Part shown: piece by piece, positions 1-60,864 of the stretch
Layout of the letters: each line of letters begins with the position of its first letter
How positions within the stretch are numbered: the stretch's first letter is position 1
Assembly (NCBI RefSeq): GCF_009914755.1
Contig: NC_060926.1
DNA: 64,000 bases
DNA from: the human T2T-CHM13v2.0 reference genome, Homo sapiens
Reading direction: 5' to 3' (one strand)
Translations under genes and position numbers: made by a program
Notes under the pieces: generated by a model
What the model was told of the DNA's origin: nothing
Database searches by the model: none
Seen by the model: only the letters and a program-made list of their open reading frames with translations

Positions 1-630
<630 letters not shown>

Positions 631-912
631 TGAGACAAAGGAAGGTGCAGTCCTCATTATAGAGCTACAAATTAGCCAACAGTTATGTGCTGGGTGACCC
701 CATTCAGGGATGAAGTGCTTTTATAATGGAAAGGTCATCTAGTGCTATGTATCAATGACAATTTTTAAATGGTAGTCATGGGAGATTATTTCACAAAAAC
801 ATATTGTAGAATTACAAATTACACCATTCAGACTCAGTTTTAAGAGAAACAAACCAAGGAATCAAACTAATTTTTGAACACCAAATATTATATTTACATT
901 AAACTAACTCAC

Positions 913-917
913 CTTGA
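913..917 (-). CDS. TMEM237: TMEM237 exon 3, 5-nt microexon (TCAAG)
   Basis: Minus strand gtgttag|TCAAG|gtgagt; completes AG-T (Ser), CAA (Gln), G- (Asp) of ...PPVPSQD... as I recall the protein. Confidence 0.85.
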
Positions 918-1533
918 CTAACACGTCATATAACACCAAACAAATTTAATCAGCAGGACAAAGACAAAAAAGAAACAATTAATTAGAAACCTGTTAATAT
1001 TCACAGTGAAAATTGACTTAAATCATTACAAATTTAAAATAAAATTAGCTTTCACATAATAGCTAGTTTACAAACTAGTTTACTGTTTATAATTAAGTGG
1101 TTTAATAACACTGCTAATAAAATAATGTCAATATTTTCTGAACCTACATATACATATTCCCTACTGTCTATTAATAAAATGGATTAAGCAGATTAAGAAC
1201 TCTTACTTGTGACTGATTAAAATCAGCTTAAACTCTGAGGAAACTATTCTCACAAAAGACCAGAATTCTGATTTAAAAAAAAAAAGACACCAAAACAGTT
1301 AGAAAGGGAATGGATCCATTATCCTACCATGTTGATATTCAGGCTTTTAAATATAACATTCCATTATAACTGTTATTCTTAAAATTCAAGGATTTTTCAC
1401 CTTTAAAATTTCAGAAAATCCCTAAATTTTTCAGAAGAGTTTCCTGAATCATTGTAATTTTGCAATGATACTAGTCAATTTTTCCACTGTCTTCATTTTC
1501 CATTTTTAAAGCTCAATAATGAAATTACTGTAA

Positions 1534-1977
<444 letters not shown>

Positions 1978-2149
1978 TGACAGAAAAATATAATGGATCA
2001 GACTAGGATCTTCAAATCTCTTGATAATCTTGTTCATCAGTGAAACCTGGGAGGTACTGATGAGAAACATGGGCAATTTAAAATTTGTTCTCCCATCCTA
2101 AATTTCATATAAAATTCCTTCCTTCCTACATTCCTTTCCATCTCTAGGC

Positions 2150-2720
2150 CAGGCCCTTTTCTAAGCATTAGGAATACACTAATGAACACAATGGAGAGAA
2201 CTCTGCTCTTATGAAACTTACATTCTAGTGGTTGAGTATTAGAAACAATGTTAAAAATATATATATGATAATATATACTATATATTATATGCAGCATGTA
2301 CGATAAAATATATTTATATGCTATATTTAAGACATATCTTGTATACATATCGTGTGTGCATATATATATATATACACAAGATACACACACACAAAACGTA
2401 ATGAATGAAGGAGACTGAGTGCTACTTTTGTTAGGGAAAGTTTCTCTGAGTTTGAGCTGAGACCTGAATGAGAAAGCAGCAACCGGAACAAATGCAAATA
2501 TTTTTAGGTTAAATTGGGCTTGGAATGTTTCAGGTAAAAGGACAGCAAGGCTGCCGCACAATTACCAAGGAGAGGTAGGCAGGAGCCAGATTAGTTAGGG
2601 CCTTGCAGACCAAGGGAAGTTTGGATTTTGTTTTAATTCAATGGGAAACAAATGGAGGTTTTAAACCACATACTAACACAATTTTTAAAAAGGCCAGTTG
2701 CATACACTGGGAAGAATGCG
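2150..2720. mobile_element. Degenerate L2-like fragment containing a (TA)n/(CA)n low-complexity tract (about 2256-2392)
   Basis: L2-like motifs (ctaagcattaggaatac, tttgagctgagacctgaatga, tttggattttg) around an AT/CA microsatellite. Confidence 0.5.
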
Positions 2721-3260
2721 TTTTAGGGCAGAAAGAAAGGTGGGGGGAACCCTTCTAAACCCTCATTTACATGAATAAGAAAAGTGTTTGTAGTTCAGAC
2801 AGCATTACAGTTGAGAAGTATTTTAGAATCATATAGTAACAGAAATGCCTAGAAGCCAATTTAATGTTCCAAGTATCTCATGCTGCTTGCATAAGACATT
2901 TATTCAAAAGGGTTAAATTTTAGACACTCTTGTAGTTTGTCCCATTTAGCAATCCATTCGTTCGAACAGTAGATTAATGCAAGTACTACAAGATTAGGAC
3001 GAGGCAAGCTGCCGTAATACCATCCAGTAGTCAAAATTACAATTGGAGAAGAATGACAGTCACAGGAACGCGCTATTGTTCTAAAGATGCTACGAAGCGC
3101 GCGCGATCGATCCCAGGGCTCTGTTCACGTAACTGATTTCAAAAGTCCCGCAAAAATGACGTTCCACCCACCCAGAGACCCAACCTCTAATCCTCAAAAG
3201 TAGGACGGCTCAACTGAAGACAAAAATCCTAACAATTAAAAGTAGCTAAGGCTCGCTTAC

Positions 3261-3278
3261 CACAGGATTCTTCCCCAT
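3261..3278 (-). CDS. TMEM237: TMEM237 alternative first coding exon (MGKNPV)
   Basis: ATG GGG AAG AAT CCT GTG|gtaagc, phase 0, compatible with exon 2. Confidence 0.8.
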
Positions 3279-4010
3279 TCTGCGTTTAGCCGGCCTCGGC
3301 GGCCGCCGGCCCCCAAGCACCTGGCGCCCCACCCCTCCCGGCTCGGTCGCGCGCGCAGGCGCAATGCGTCATCGGGCCGCGCCGCCTGGCTAGTACCCCG
3401 CGCGCAGCGCCCTGCGGGGATGTTGCGGTGAGAGGCGTGCAGGGACCTGGATTGGCCAGTCCAGACTAGCCCTGCCAAAAAGGGGGCCTCGGAGTTGGGG
3501 GTAATGTGCCCAGGAGCAGAAATCTGGCGACCGTGGCGCTGCAATCACAGCTTTCCCGTGGTTTCCTAAGTGGTGGCGGTGATTTGTTTGCGGGAAGCGG
3601 GGCGTGACGGAAGACCTTAATTAAAGGACTCCGCAGGCGAACAGATCTCTTCTGGGCAGCTACAGACCTCTCCTCGGAGGAGTCTAGGAGAGGCCTGGCT
3701 GGAAGCCCCGGCACCCGCCGGGCCCCGGGCCTCAGATGAGTGAGGCGTCGTCGTGGCAACGCGGGCTCAGGTCCCCGCAAACTTCATGCCAGGCCTCTCT
3801 CTCCCACTCCGGGAGTTCGGTCCCGGCCTCGCCTGCGTCTCCGTCCCATTCCTGTGAACACTGGAGGGGCGGATGCGCGCACCCCACGAGCAAGGCCCTC
3901 CCTTAGTGATTCCCAGCTCGTTGGCGCCCCCCCACACACACCCACCCCCACTGCCAAGTGTAGCTGTTTACCCGCCACCTCTCGAGGCCGACGCGCCCCT
4001 CGCCGCTCAC

Positions 4011-4052
4011 CAGGTGGCCCTCCTCCAGCCGAGCCCCCGAGTCAGTCCTCAT
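4011..4052 (-). CDS. TMEM237: TMEM237 exon 1 coding part (MRTDSGARLEEGHL)
   Basis: Kozak context agcaccATGA, 42 nt to CTG|gtgagc; matches the TMEM237 N-terminus as I recall it. Confidence 0.92.
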
Positions 4053-4686
4053 GGTGCTCTCCCCGCGGGGCTGCCCCGGCGCAACCGCCGGCGGCCCGAG
4101 CCCAGCTCCCCGCGACGCAGCGGCCTCCGGGACCTGTGGGACGCCGGGGCTTCGTGGCGCCTGGCGAGGCAGCCGCCCCCTGAGCCAGGTCCCCGCCCGC
4201 CTCTGTCCTGCCAGGCGCTGCTGGGTTTGGGAGGAATGCGTTTACTCTCCAGGACCAACGAGTCTGTGCAGGCCTGGGTGTGTGGATGTGTATTAATATA
4301 GGCAATTCTCACATTTTCTCCGATTGCTTACCCTTCATCCCACAACTGTGTAAATCAAATTTGGAAAAACTTTTTCTCAACCTTAAAATCAAATCCAACC
4401 TCACATAAATATCACTACAAACTACCTGATTTGCATCGTTTGGTTTGGTTGGGTTTGTTTTTTTTTAAAGATAACTTTCACTTTAAGTAACAGAGAACTA
4501 CAAATATTTTGAATCATGCATTCTGTTTTACAGTTAAGAAAGAAATGGGAAAGATGGAAGAATGGTGTGGATATGGAGAAGAGAATGATGCAGAAGATGA
4601 ACAGATACAGGGACAGGGAAAGCGCCTGGAAATCTCAAATCTGGGGAAAGAAAGAGAAACAGCACTTTGTAATGGCATCCTAATCT

Positions 4687-5235
4687 TGTTACCAAACAAA
4701 CGGGGCTTGTTGCCCTATACGCACAGAAGCCAATATTATGGCGCTGATTTTTTGAGAAAAGTTTTCATTGTGAGTCAGCTAACAAGGAGACAGGAGTATA
4801 GCTCTAATCTGTCTCCCTGTGTTGGCTTTAAGACAGTATTTTTATTAGAAAACGTTTAGGGGGTGGATTCTGGGATTAGTAGGTGATTGGTGGAAGGAAA
4901 GAAGCCATCTGGAAAATCCTCTGGCGTTCGCAGTTACCTCTTCATGTCCCTTCATGGGTCGCATGTGCAAATTTTGGAGGGAGTCAGTGTGAAACATGGG
5001 GAAAGATTCAAGCTGTGACGCCAGCAAGCTCATTTTGTACAGACTCCAGGTAGCCATCCGTGTTAGTACTAACCACTTTCAGCCAGTTTGCTTTGTTTTG
5101 TTTTGTTTTGTTTTTTAATCTCACAATGGAAGAAGTTTAGGCGTTTTATTTAGCAAGTTGTTTTTTATCTGCCGTCCTGCATGCTCAAGAATTTCTGTTA
5201 GTCCCTGGTTTCTTTAACTCTGAGACACGGTTTCA
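4687..5235 (-). mobile_element. ERV1 (MER4-group-like) solo LTR
   Basis: On the minus strand begins TGAAACCG and ends GGTAACA, about 550 bp; subfamily not resolved. Confidence 0.6.
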
Positions 5236-5539
5236 CTCTTGTGATTTTCTATATATAGGTCTCTGGGATTAATCCATTGCCTTTTTCTAATTTAGGCCTG
5301 CATGTAGATATTGGCTGTTAAGGAAAATTAGTGTTTGTCACACCTCTCATGAGAATAATTTTTTCCTTGTAGGCCGATTTGTAAATAGTGAAGGCAGTGC
5401 AGTTTCTTGTAGGTTTTGATTTTAGATGTGAAATGTGTACATTAAACCTTTCTTGCTGAGTTAGTCAAGTAAGCACTTTTTGTAAAAGATGTTTTCATAA
5501 AACACGTTTCATAGAGTACAGTTTCTAAAGTTAACTATT

Positions 5540-5861
5540 GCTTATTTTATTTAGGAAAGCTCTTTATTTAAATCTTAAAAAGATCATGTGAAATCTGCGA
5601 AAGGTTCTCATACTCAGTGACTTAACATTATTCATATTTCTACCACAGCTGCATATGAGGTAAAGGAAAAAAAATTAAGTTAAAATAGGTAACCACATAA
5701 CCATACAATAAAAATTTTTTTCAAATAAGATTAATTAATAAATTGCTGCACTTTTAAAGTTGTACACATTAAAATGGGTCAAATACTGTTGTTTTAGATT
5801 GCAACTATGGATCGCTGTATCAAGGGTACAGTGTTAAAACTCCAGCATTAAACAAGAAGTC
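5540..5861 (-). terminator. MPP4: MPP4 3'UTR with AATAAA signals
   Basis: tttatt on the plus strand at 5563-5568 and 5546-5551, downstream of the stop codon. Confidence 0.7.
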
Positions 5862-54561
<48,700 letters not shown>

Positions 54562-55214
54562 CCTCCCTGCCGGAGCTTCTGAAAGGAATTCAGGACTAGG
54601 AAGCGGGTCAATACACGGCACACAGCTCACTCAGTCCCACTGGCCACCAGCTCTCAGCACACTGGAATATATTTTCAATAGCATTTCCTCAGCAAGCCAG
54701 GCCCTGTGCTACACACTGGGATACACATCAAATGAAACACAGTCTTCCCCTGTGGTGCCTACTCTTAACCATCACCAGTGGCGTGAAAGAGAAAACGACT
54801 ATTGCATAAAATGCTCCCCCTAACTCCATGTTTTAAACACATTTTTTAGCCTTTCAGAAGAATTGATTTCCTAGAAACCACACCTACCCACTTTTTAGAA
54901 GTAAATGACAAATACTATATTTATTTATCTTCCACCTCTTTACCCAGTTGACTTTACCCATCATTAGAGCTCAGAAAAGTCTTGCGTGGACCAGCTCCAC
55001 TCAGGTGCCCCATTTCCTCTCATTGCACCTTATAGTTCTTCATAGAAGAACTAGCTGGTCTGGTCACAGTTGCAAGAATTATGGGTTATTACTGAGGCAC
55101 ACTCTTAGAATTTAGAGACAACACTGTAACGATCTGTTGTTTTGTTTTGTTTCTAGAGTGCTTTCCTGGCTCAATCCTACAATTTGTATAGAGTCTGGAC
55201 AGTTTTCTTTTTCC

Positions 55215-55513
55215 CTTTTTTTTTTTTTTTTTTGAGACAGGGTCTCACTCTGTTGCTTAGGCTGAAGTGTGGTGGCATGATCATGGCTCATGATCATGCA
55301 CCCTCGACCTCTTAGGTTCAAATCATCCTGCTACCTCAGCCTCTTGAGTATCTGGGACCATAGGCATGTGCCACCACACTCGGCTAATTTTTAACTTCTT
55401 GTAGAGATGGGGTCTCACTATGTTGCCCAGGCTGGTCTCCAACTTCTGGGCAATCTTCCCACCTTGGCTTCTCTAAGCACTGGGATAATAGGTGTGAGCC
55501 ATCGCACCTGGCC
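55215..55513 (-). mobile_element. AluJ-like element
   Basis: TSD gacagttttctt. Confidence 0.9.
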
Positions 55514-57524
55514 TAGACAGTTTTCTTAACCCTATCAGATTTAATACCAGTCTTTGAAAACTAGTTTGAAATGCTTATTTTAATGTTTATTTTTGGTATT
55601 GCTTTAGGTAGATTTAGTTTCAAGAAGTAGAAACCCAGAATAATTTTGGCTTAGCAGAGTAGTTTATATCTTGTTCGTGTGAAAGTTCAGAGACAGAGAG
55701 AATCCAGGGCTAATAGGGCAGCCTTGCTCCATGAAGTCCTCAGGGAATAGGTTCCTTCCGGCTACTGCTCTGTCACCCTAGGGTGTAGCATGGTTCTGTC
55801 TACCTGCTCCAAGATGGCAGCTGCAGCTCCAGTCATCACGTCTACATTTCGGCCAACAGGGTAGAGGAGGAAGGGATTAAGAAAACACGGGCAAAGAAAA
55901 TATGCCTACTGCTCTTTAAGCAAAGTTTTCCACAAGTTGCCCTACACAGTGAAGAATCGCCTCATGCCCTGTATAACTTTCAAATGTCCCACTGAACTAT
56001 CATGTCACTGAAAAACAATAAAACCTGTAGTTATCTGAATCTAGACGCCAACTTTTCTTTACATATAAACACAAGACACTTTTGCACTGGTTTAATATAC
56101 AATGGGGAGTAGGGTATTGAGGCAGGGAAGGTGAAAAAGCCAGTAATAGGTTGTTATCAAGAAGTAACCACTGTAGGCAACTAGAGCTTAATCCCACGGG
56201 GGAACAGGGGCCAGGGGAGTGAGAGTACTTACACACCAATGGCAACATGAGGGTTTTTATACACCAATGGCAACCTTGGTATATAAATACCCTCACTCTC
56301 TTGGCCCCTGTTAGAGCCAACAGGTTAAGAGCTCTTCCCAGAGAGCATTATTTCTGACTCTTCCAGCATGCAACATGTATACCTTCGGATAGGAAGTGGA
56401 GGGGCTAGCAGCTGGAGTGGGCTCAGAGTGCACCAAAATGGTAACAACCAAGGGGTATGCGGTGGGGGTAGGGACCAACAACATTGTTATAGTAGGACAA
56501 TAAAGAATACATTAAGGTTTTTGTTATAAAAGGAACACTTCAAATTAGTTGTTAAAGACTGGAGTATTGACTCTGATAGGGTTGAGAACCACTGTCTAGA
56601 ATCTAGACTGATTGTGGGTTGAAGCCAGGAAGGCTATCTAAAAGAAGAAAAGATCATTATTATTTTGACTCTAAATTCTAAGGCAGTGAGAAGAGCAACA
56701 CAGAAAGCTGTTACAGCATTTTAGACAACTTTCCCCTACACATTCCTTTCCAAACACCCTGAAGTCTTCCGGTTTGCTAGGTTCTACCAAAGCTTGACAT
56801 CGTTATGCTTTTGACTTGCCCTCCATCACCTACCTTGCCCACTTGTAATTGAGTCAGATTAAACAATGCGTTTTCCTGTGTTCTGTGTTGTTTTTGACTC
56901 TATTGAATCATTTAGCATCACAGCTGCATATCTGACTCATCTTCCTCCCTGGAGGGGAGCACTTCCAGGGTAGAAAATTGAAAAGGGAGATGGAGTGCCT
57001 GCTAGAGAGCAGACAAAAGTCAGAGCAGACAGATGAGGCTGACACTCAGGCTGACTCTTAAAATTGGTTCCCCTCCAGCACCTCACAAATCACACGTCCT
57101 TGGCAAAGCAGTGCAGATTAAACAAGCCAACTGTTGTTTGCACGTCATGAGGTGGACCACATTTCTGCCATATTTAATGCCCGAATGACTGTGCTGAGCT
57201 AGGCCTACCCATTCAGCAGTTGGGGGCACACACTAGAGACTACATATTTCTGAGATGAATTTATTGTGAGGGAGCTTTACAGATAGACTGTGCTTCACAG
57301 ATAGGCGGTGGTTTCTTGAGTGAATGCAATGGTTAAAATAGCTTCTAATAAATCTAGAGCCAACTTCAGGGCTACCTAGATAACTAATTCATACATTCTA
57401 AAAGGCTCGTTTTGACCCAAAGTTTCTCAGCCATAGAGGCAAAAACAGTAATTACAGTAATCTACAACTTATGCAAATTCTAAAAACTGTGCTTGGCTCC
57501 TCATCTTCAGGTTCCTATGACAAA

Positions 57525-57896
57525 TTTATGGTGGACTGAATGTTGTGTCCCCACCCCCAATTCAGATGTTGAAGCCCTAATCCCCATTGTTGATGGCATT
57601 TGAAGATGGGGCCTTTGGGAGGTAACTGGGTTAAGGTCATGAGGTAGAGGCCTCAAGATGTCATTAGCGTCTGGGTAAGAGCCATCAGAGTTCATGTGTT
57701 CTCTCTCTCCCTGCCAGATGATGGCACAGTGAAAACGCGGCCATCTGAAAGCCAGGAAGAGAACCCTCGCAAGAACCCAACCATGCTGGCATCCCAATCT
57801 TCAACTTCCAGCCTCCAGAACTGTATGAGAAAATACATTTCTGTTGTTTAAGCCACTGTCTATGGTACTTTGTTATGACAGCCAAAGCTAAGACAA
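57525..57896 (+). mobile_element. MaLR LTR (MST/MLT1A-like)
   Basis: ggactgaatgttgtgtcccc...gttgaagccctaatcccc...cagcctccagaactgt...gctaagaca. Confidence 0.82.
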
Positions 57897-59059
57897 AACT
57901 CAAAGAAAAAAACTTCCAGAAAATGATTTTCCCTCCCTCCAGGTAGCTAAGAAAACAGTTGCAACTTCTTGCCCTCATAGCACTTCTCATTTTCCCAGTT
58001 CTTGTATCCACTGGCTTGCTCAGTGTCTGTCTCCCGCAGGTGTCATGTCTGCAGAGGGCCTGGGGAGCAGAGATGTTGCTTATCTTGTTCATGCTGCAGC
58101 TTCACCTGCAACAGTGCTTGGGCCATAGCAAGCACTTGGTATGTTCAGTTGTTGTTGGGAAGGGGTAGAACAAGGAGAGGCCAAGATCCAGAAGTAAAAG
58201 GCTGATACCTCCCTCAAGGCAGTAGCCAGCAGCTGGGACTTCAATCCTAATGGGGGAGGCAGCTGAACTCCAGAGGCCTGTGCCCTCCCTTCCTTTCCTC
58301 CCTGGCCTGGTATCCTGACTTAAACTTCTTTCCCTATCAAACTTTAAAACTGGGGGCAGAAGCGGATCTTAGAGATAATCAAATGCAAAACCTTTGTTTT
58401 ACAGATAAGGAATCTGACATTCAAGGAGGTATTCAGTAGAGTTAACATGTAGTAAAATCGAGTTTTCCTCTTTTGTTTCCTTAGTCCTGAAAGATGCTGA
58501 TGCCTGGCATGATGCCTGGCAAAAGACTTACCTTCCTTTCCATGACTTCTGTACCAAATTTGTCAGTTGAAGCTTATCTATTTCTGCTATCTTGAGAGTG
58601 AGAATTCTTGATTGAGACTGCAAATAAGTAAGCACCCACCACATGCAATTCCGGACTGAGTACACAGAAAGGATAGCCAGTTCTTGACTCAGAAGATGCA
58701 TTAGTGTGACTGATGCCTAAGGAATTTGTCCTAAATCTTGTTTTAAAAGTCAGTATTTCCATTAGCTTTTTAAAACGTACTATTAAATGCCACAACCCCC
58801 TACCCTTACTATGCTTGTTTTTCAAAATAGTGCTTTTTACTAGACAAACCCTAAAAAAGCACTTGGAAACTTAATGATGAGAAATGGCCCTTACAAAAAT
58901 AGCTGGCTTCCTCTGGGTCCAAATGCTGTTGATTAGGACCAGGGCAAATGCCCATTGTACTCAATCTTCCTGACAACTCATTATTCCATACTGAAGAAAT
59001 GGCTTCTCGAAGCAAAACCTGCTCTTTCAAGATCATAAAATTCCCCATATCATTTGAGT

Positions 59060-59600
59060 TAAAATGAAACTAAGCCATTTGAGTTAGATTACCCAGATTT
59101 ATATCTTTAGCTATTAAAAACTGACAGGCAAGCTAGGCAGTTATGGATACATCTTCTGGTAACTGAGGATTATTTGCCAAGGTCTCTTACCTGCAAGACT
59201 GTAAACATGCATGTTGCTCCTATCCAGACAAAAGCTTTAGTAGGATACTAGTGGCCTGTTAGCTGCCAAAGTCACCTCACTGCTCCCGATAAAATCTCTG
59301 CACATCCTCTTTGATGTAATCCACAGATGCCTAACCCAGCCTAACAACTAAATTACTCACAAGCCTTTCCTGCCACAAATCTTCTTAAGTATTCCTTGAA
59401 GTCTAATTTGTATCATTTTCAAACCTACATTCTAGTATTTTCTCTCAAATTGCCAACACATAGTTAACGGCAGAAAAACATAGTATTTTTGTTGATTAGT
59501 TCAAGATGACAGACATTCCACAACAGAAGATAGCATTTTTAATGAAAGAAAAAAATGTGGCAGGACCGGAAATAAGCCAATAACCTACTAACCTTATTAA
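59060..59600 (-). promoter_or_regulatory. MPP4: Putative photoreceptor promoter with CRX/OTX2-type motifs
   Basis: TAATCC 59317-59322, GGATTA 59167-59172, AGATTA about 59086, TAAGCC about 59071 and 59573. Confidence 0.5.
59191..59340 (-). other. MPP4: Probable MPP4 non-coding exon 1 (5' boundary uncertain)
   Basis: Strong donor TTGCAG|gtaaga at 59191 in unique sequence just downstream of the ALS2 3' end. Confidence 0.6.
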
Positions 59601-60059
59601 ATCTCTCATGTTATGGTGAGAAAACAACTGAAGACTGTTCAGCTAATAATAGAAACCCATCAAAAACAGTACCTTCTGGTCAATCCCCTCCCAAGCCACT
59701 GTTCTGAACCTAACAAATAGTGCTTTCTGTCTCAGATAGGAGCTACTTCTTTATCTGAAAACTTAATACTGCAGGGAGTGCTCAGTGGGGAGAGCATTTG
59801 GAAGGGGATATTGCAGAAAGGAGAGGAAGGTATTGCTGACAGCAAGGCAAAAGGTAGAGACCAAATGGCAATTATCAGAGGGTCCTCAGCCCTTCTACCC
59901 ATATTAATCACATGGCTTTCCTTATCTCTCCATCATAGATGAAAACACAAGTTGGGAATGTGATACATTTGTGTTTTGAGTACAGCATATTTTGTGAAAA
60001 GCACTTGATTTCAATAAGATTTTCATTTTTAACTCACTTTTAAGAACTTTCAATACATA

Positions 60060-60290
60060 ACCAGCTATGAAATGACATCTCTGGCAGCTGTAGTAGCAAA
60101 AAGCACTGGACTTCTAGGGAAGTAGGGAGTAGGGAAGTTCTAGGCTGGAGTCCCAGCTCTGGCAGTGAGCAAATCTTGGTCACTGCTTGTCTGAAAAATG
60201 GGGGGAAATGGGGATAACACCTGCATCCTTGGGCTGCTGTAAGCATTCATTACGCATGTGAATGACCATTGTAAACTGCTGCAGGAGTGC
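60060..60290. mobile_element. MIR fragment
   Basis: agtcccagctctggca...tgtctgaaaaatggggg MIR-like core. Confidence 0.55.
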
Positions 60291-60864
60291 CAAGGACTTC
60301 TATTTACAAACATTGGCCTGGAGATTTAGGGTTTTTCTTCCAATACACTTCAAAATTTATAACTTTAATATGCTATCTGAAAAGCATATAGTAGGAAGAA
60401 TCCAAAGTAACTGAACAGTTTCATTCAAGACTCCAGTAAAAGGACGAATTGTAACATGGCTTTTCTTAGAACAGAGACAGCCTATCATCATTGGAAATCT
60501 TCTCAATGGGTCAATTTGTCTCAAAGTTTTTGTTTGTCCATTTCCACATATTATCCACCCCCGCCCAGAGTCAGAAATTCTGTAAATTTGGCTTTACCAG
60601 GCAAATGTGGTTATTTATGTGTTTGTTCAGAAACTCAAAACAATCTCCAATGTAAATGCAAAGTATTTAACATAAACGGATTTTTAAGGGTTGGTCCCCT
60701 TCCAACAGAGGACAGGCACATTCTGGTAGAGGCAGCAACAAGATGGAAAGGCCTCTTGAGAAAACATTACAACTGGGAGATAATTAATATCTAACGTTTC
60801 TAAGCAGAATTTTAAAGCCTCACCTTCCCTTCCCTCGATCTGTTTAGGAGGAAAAAAAATAACG

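Larger units (their letters stand above)
2990..4270. promoter_or_regulatory. TMEM237: CpG island / TMEM237 dual promoter
   Basis: Dense CpG and high GC. NRF1-like gcgcaggcgca 3353-3363, CCAAT (gattgg) about 3450, GC box and CRE/ETS-like tgacggaag about 3598-3613, X-box-like 3747-3760. Confidence 0.88.

Noticed and set aside
3257-4312. Overlapping Arg/Pro/Gly-rich ORFs on both strands
   Set aside because: Stop-codon scarcity in a CpG island; only the short spliced TMEM237 exons are supported.
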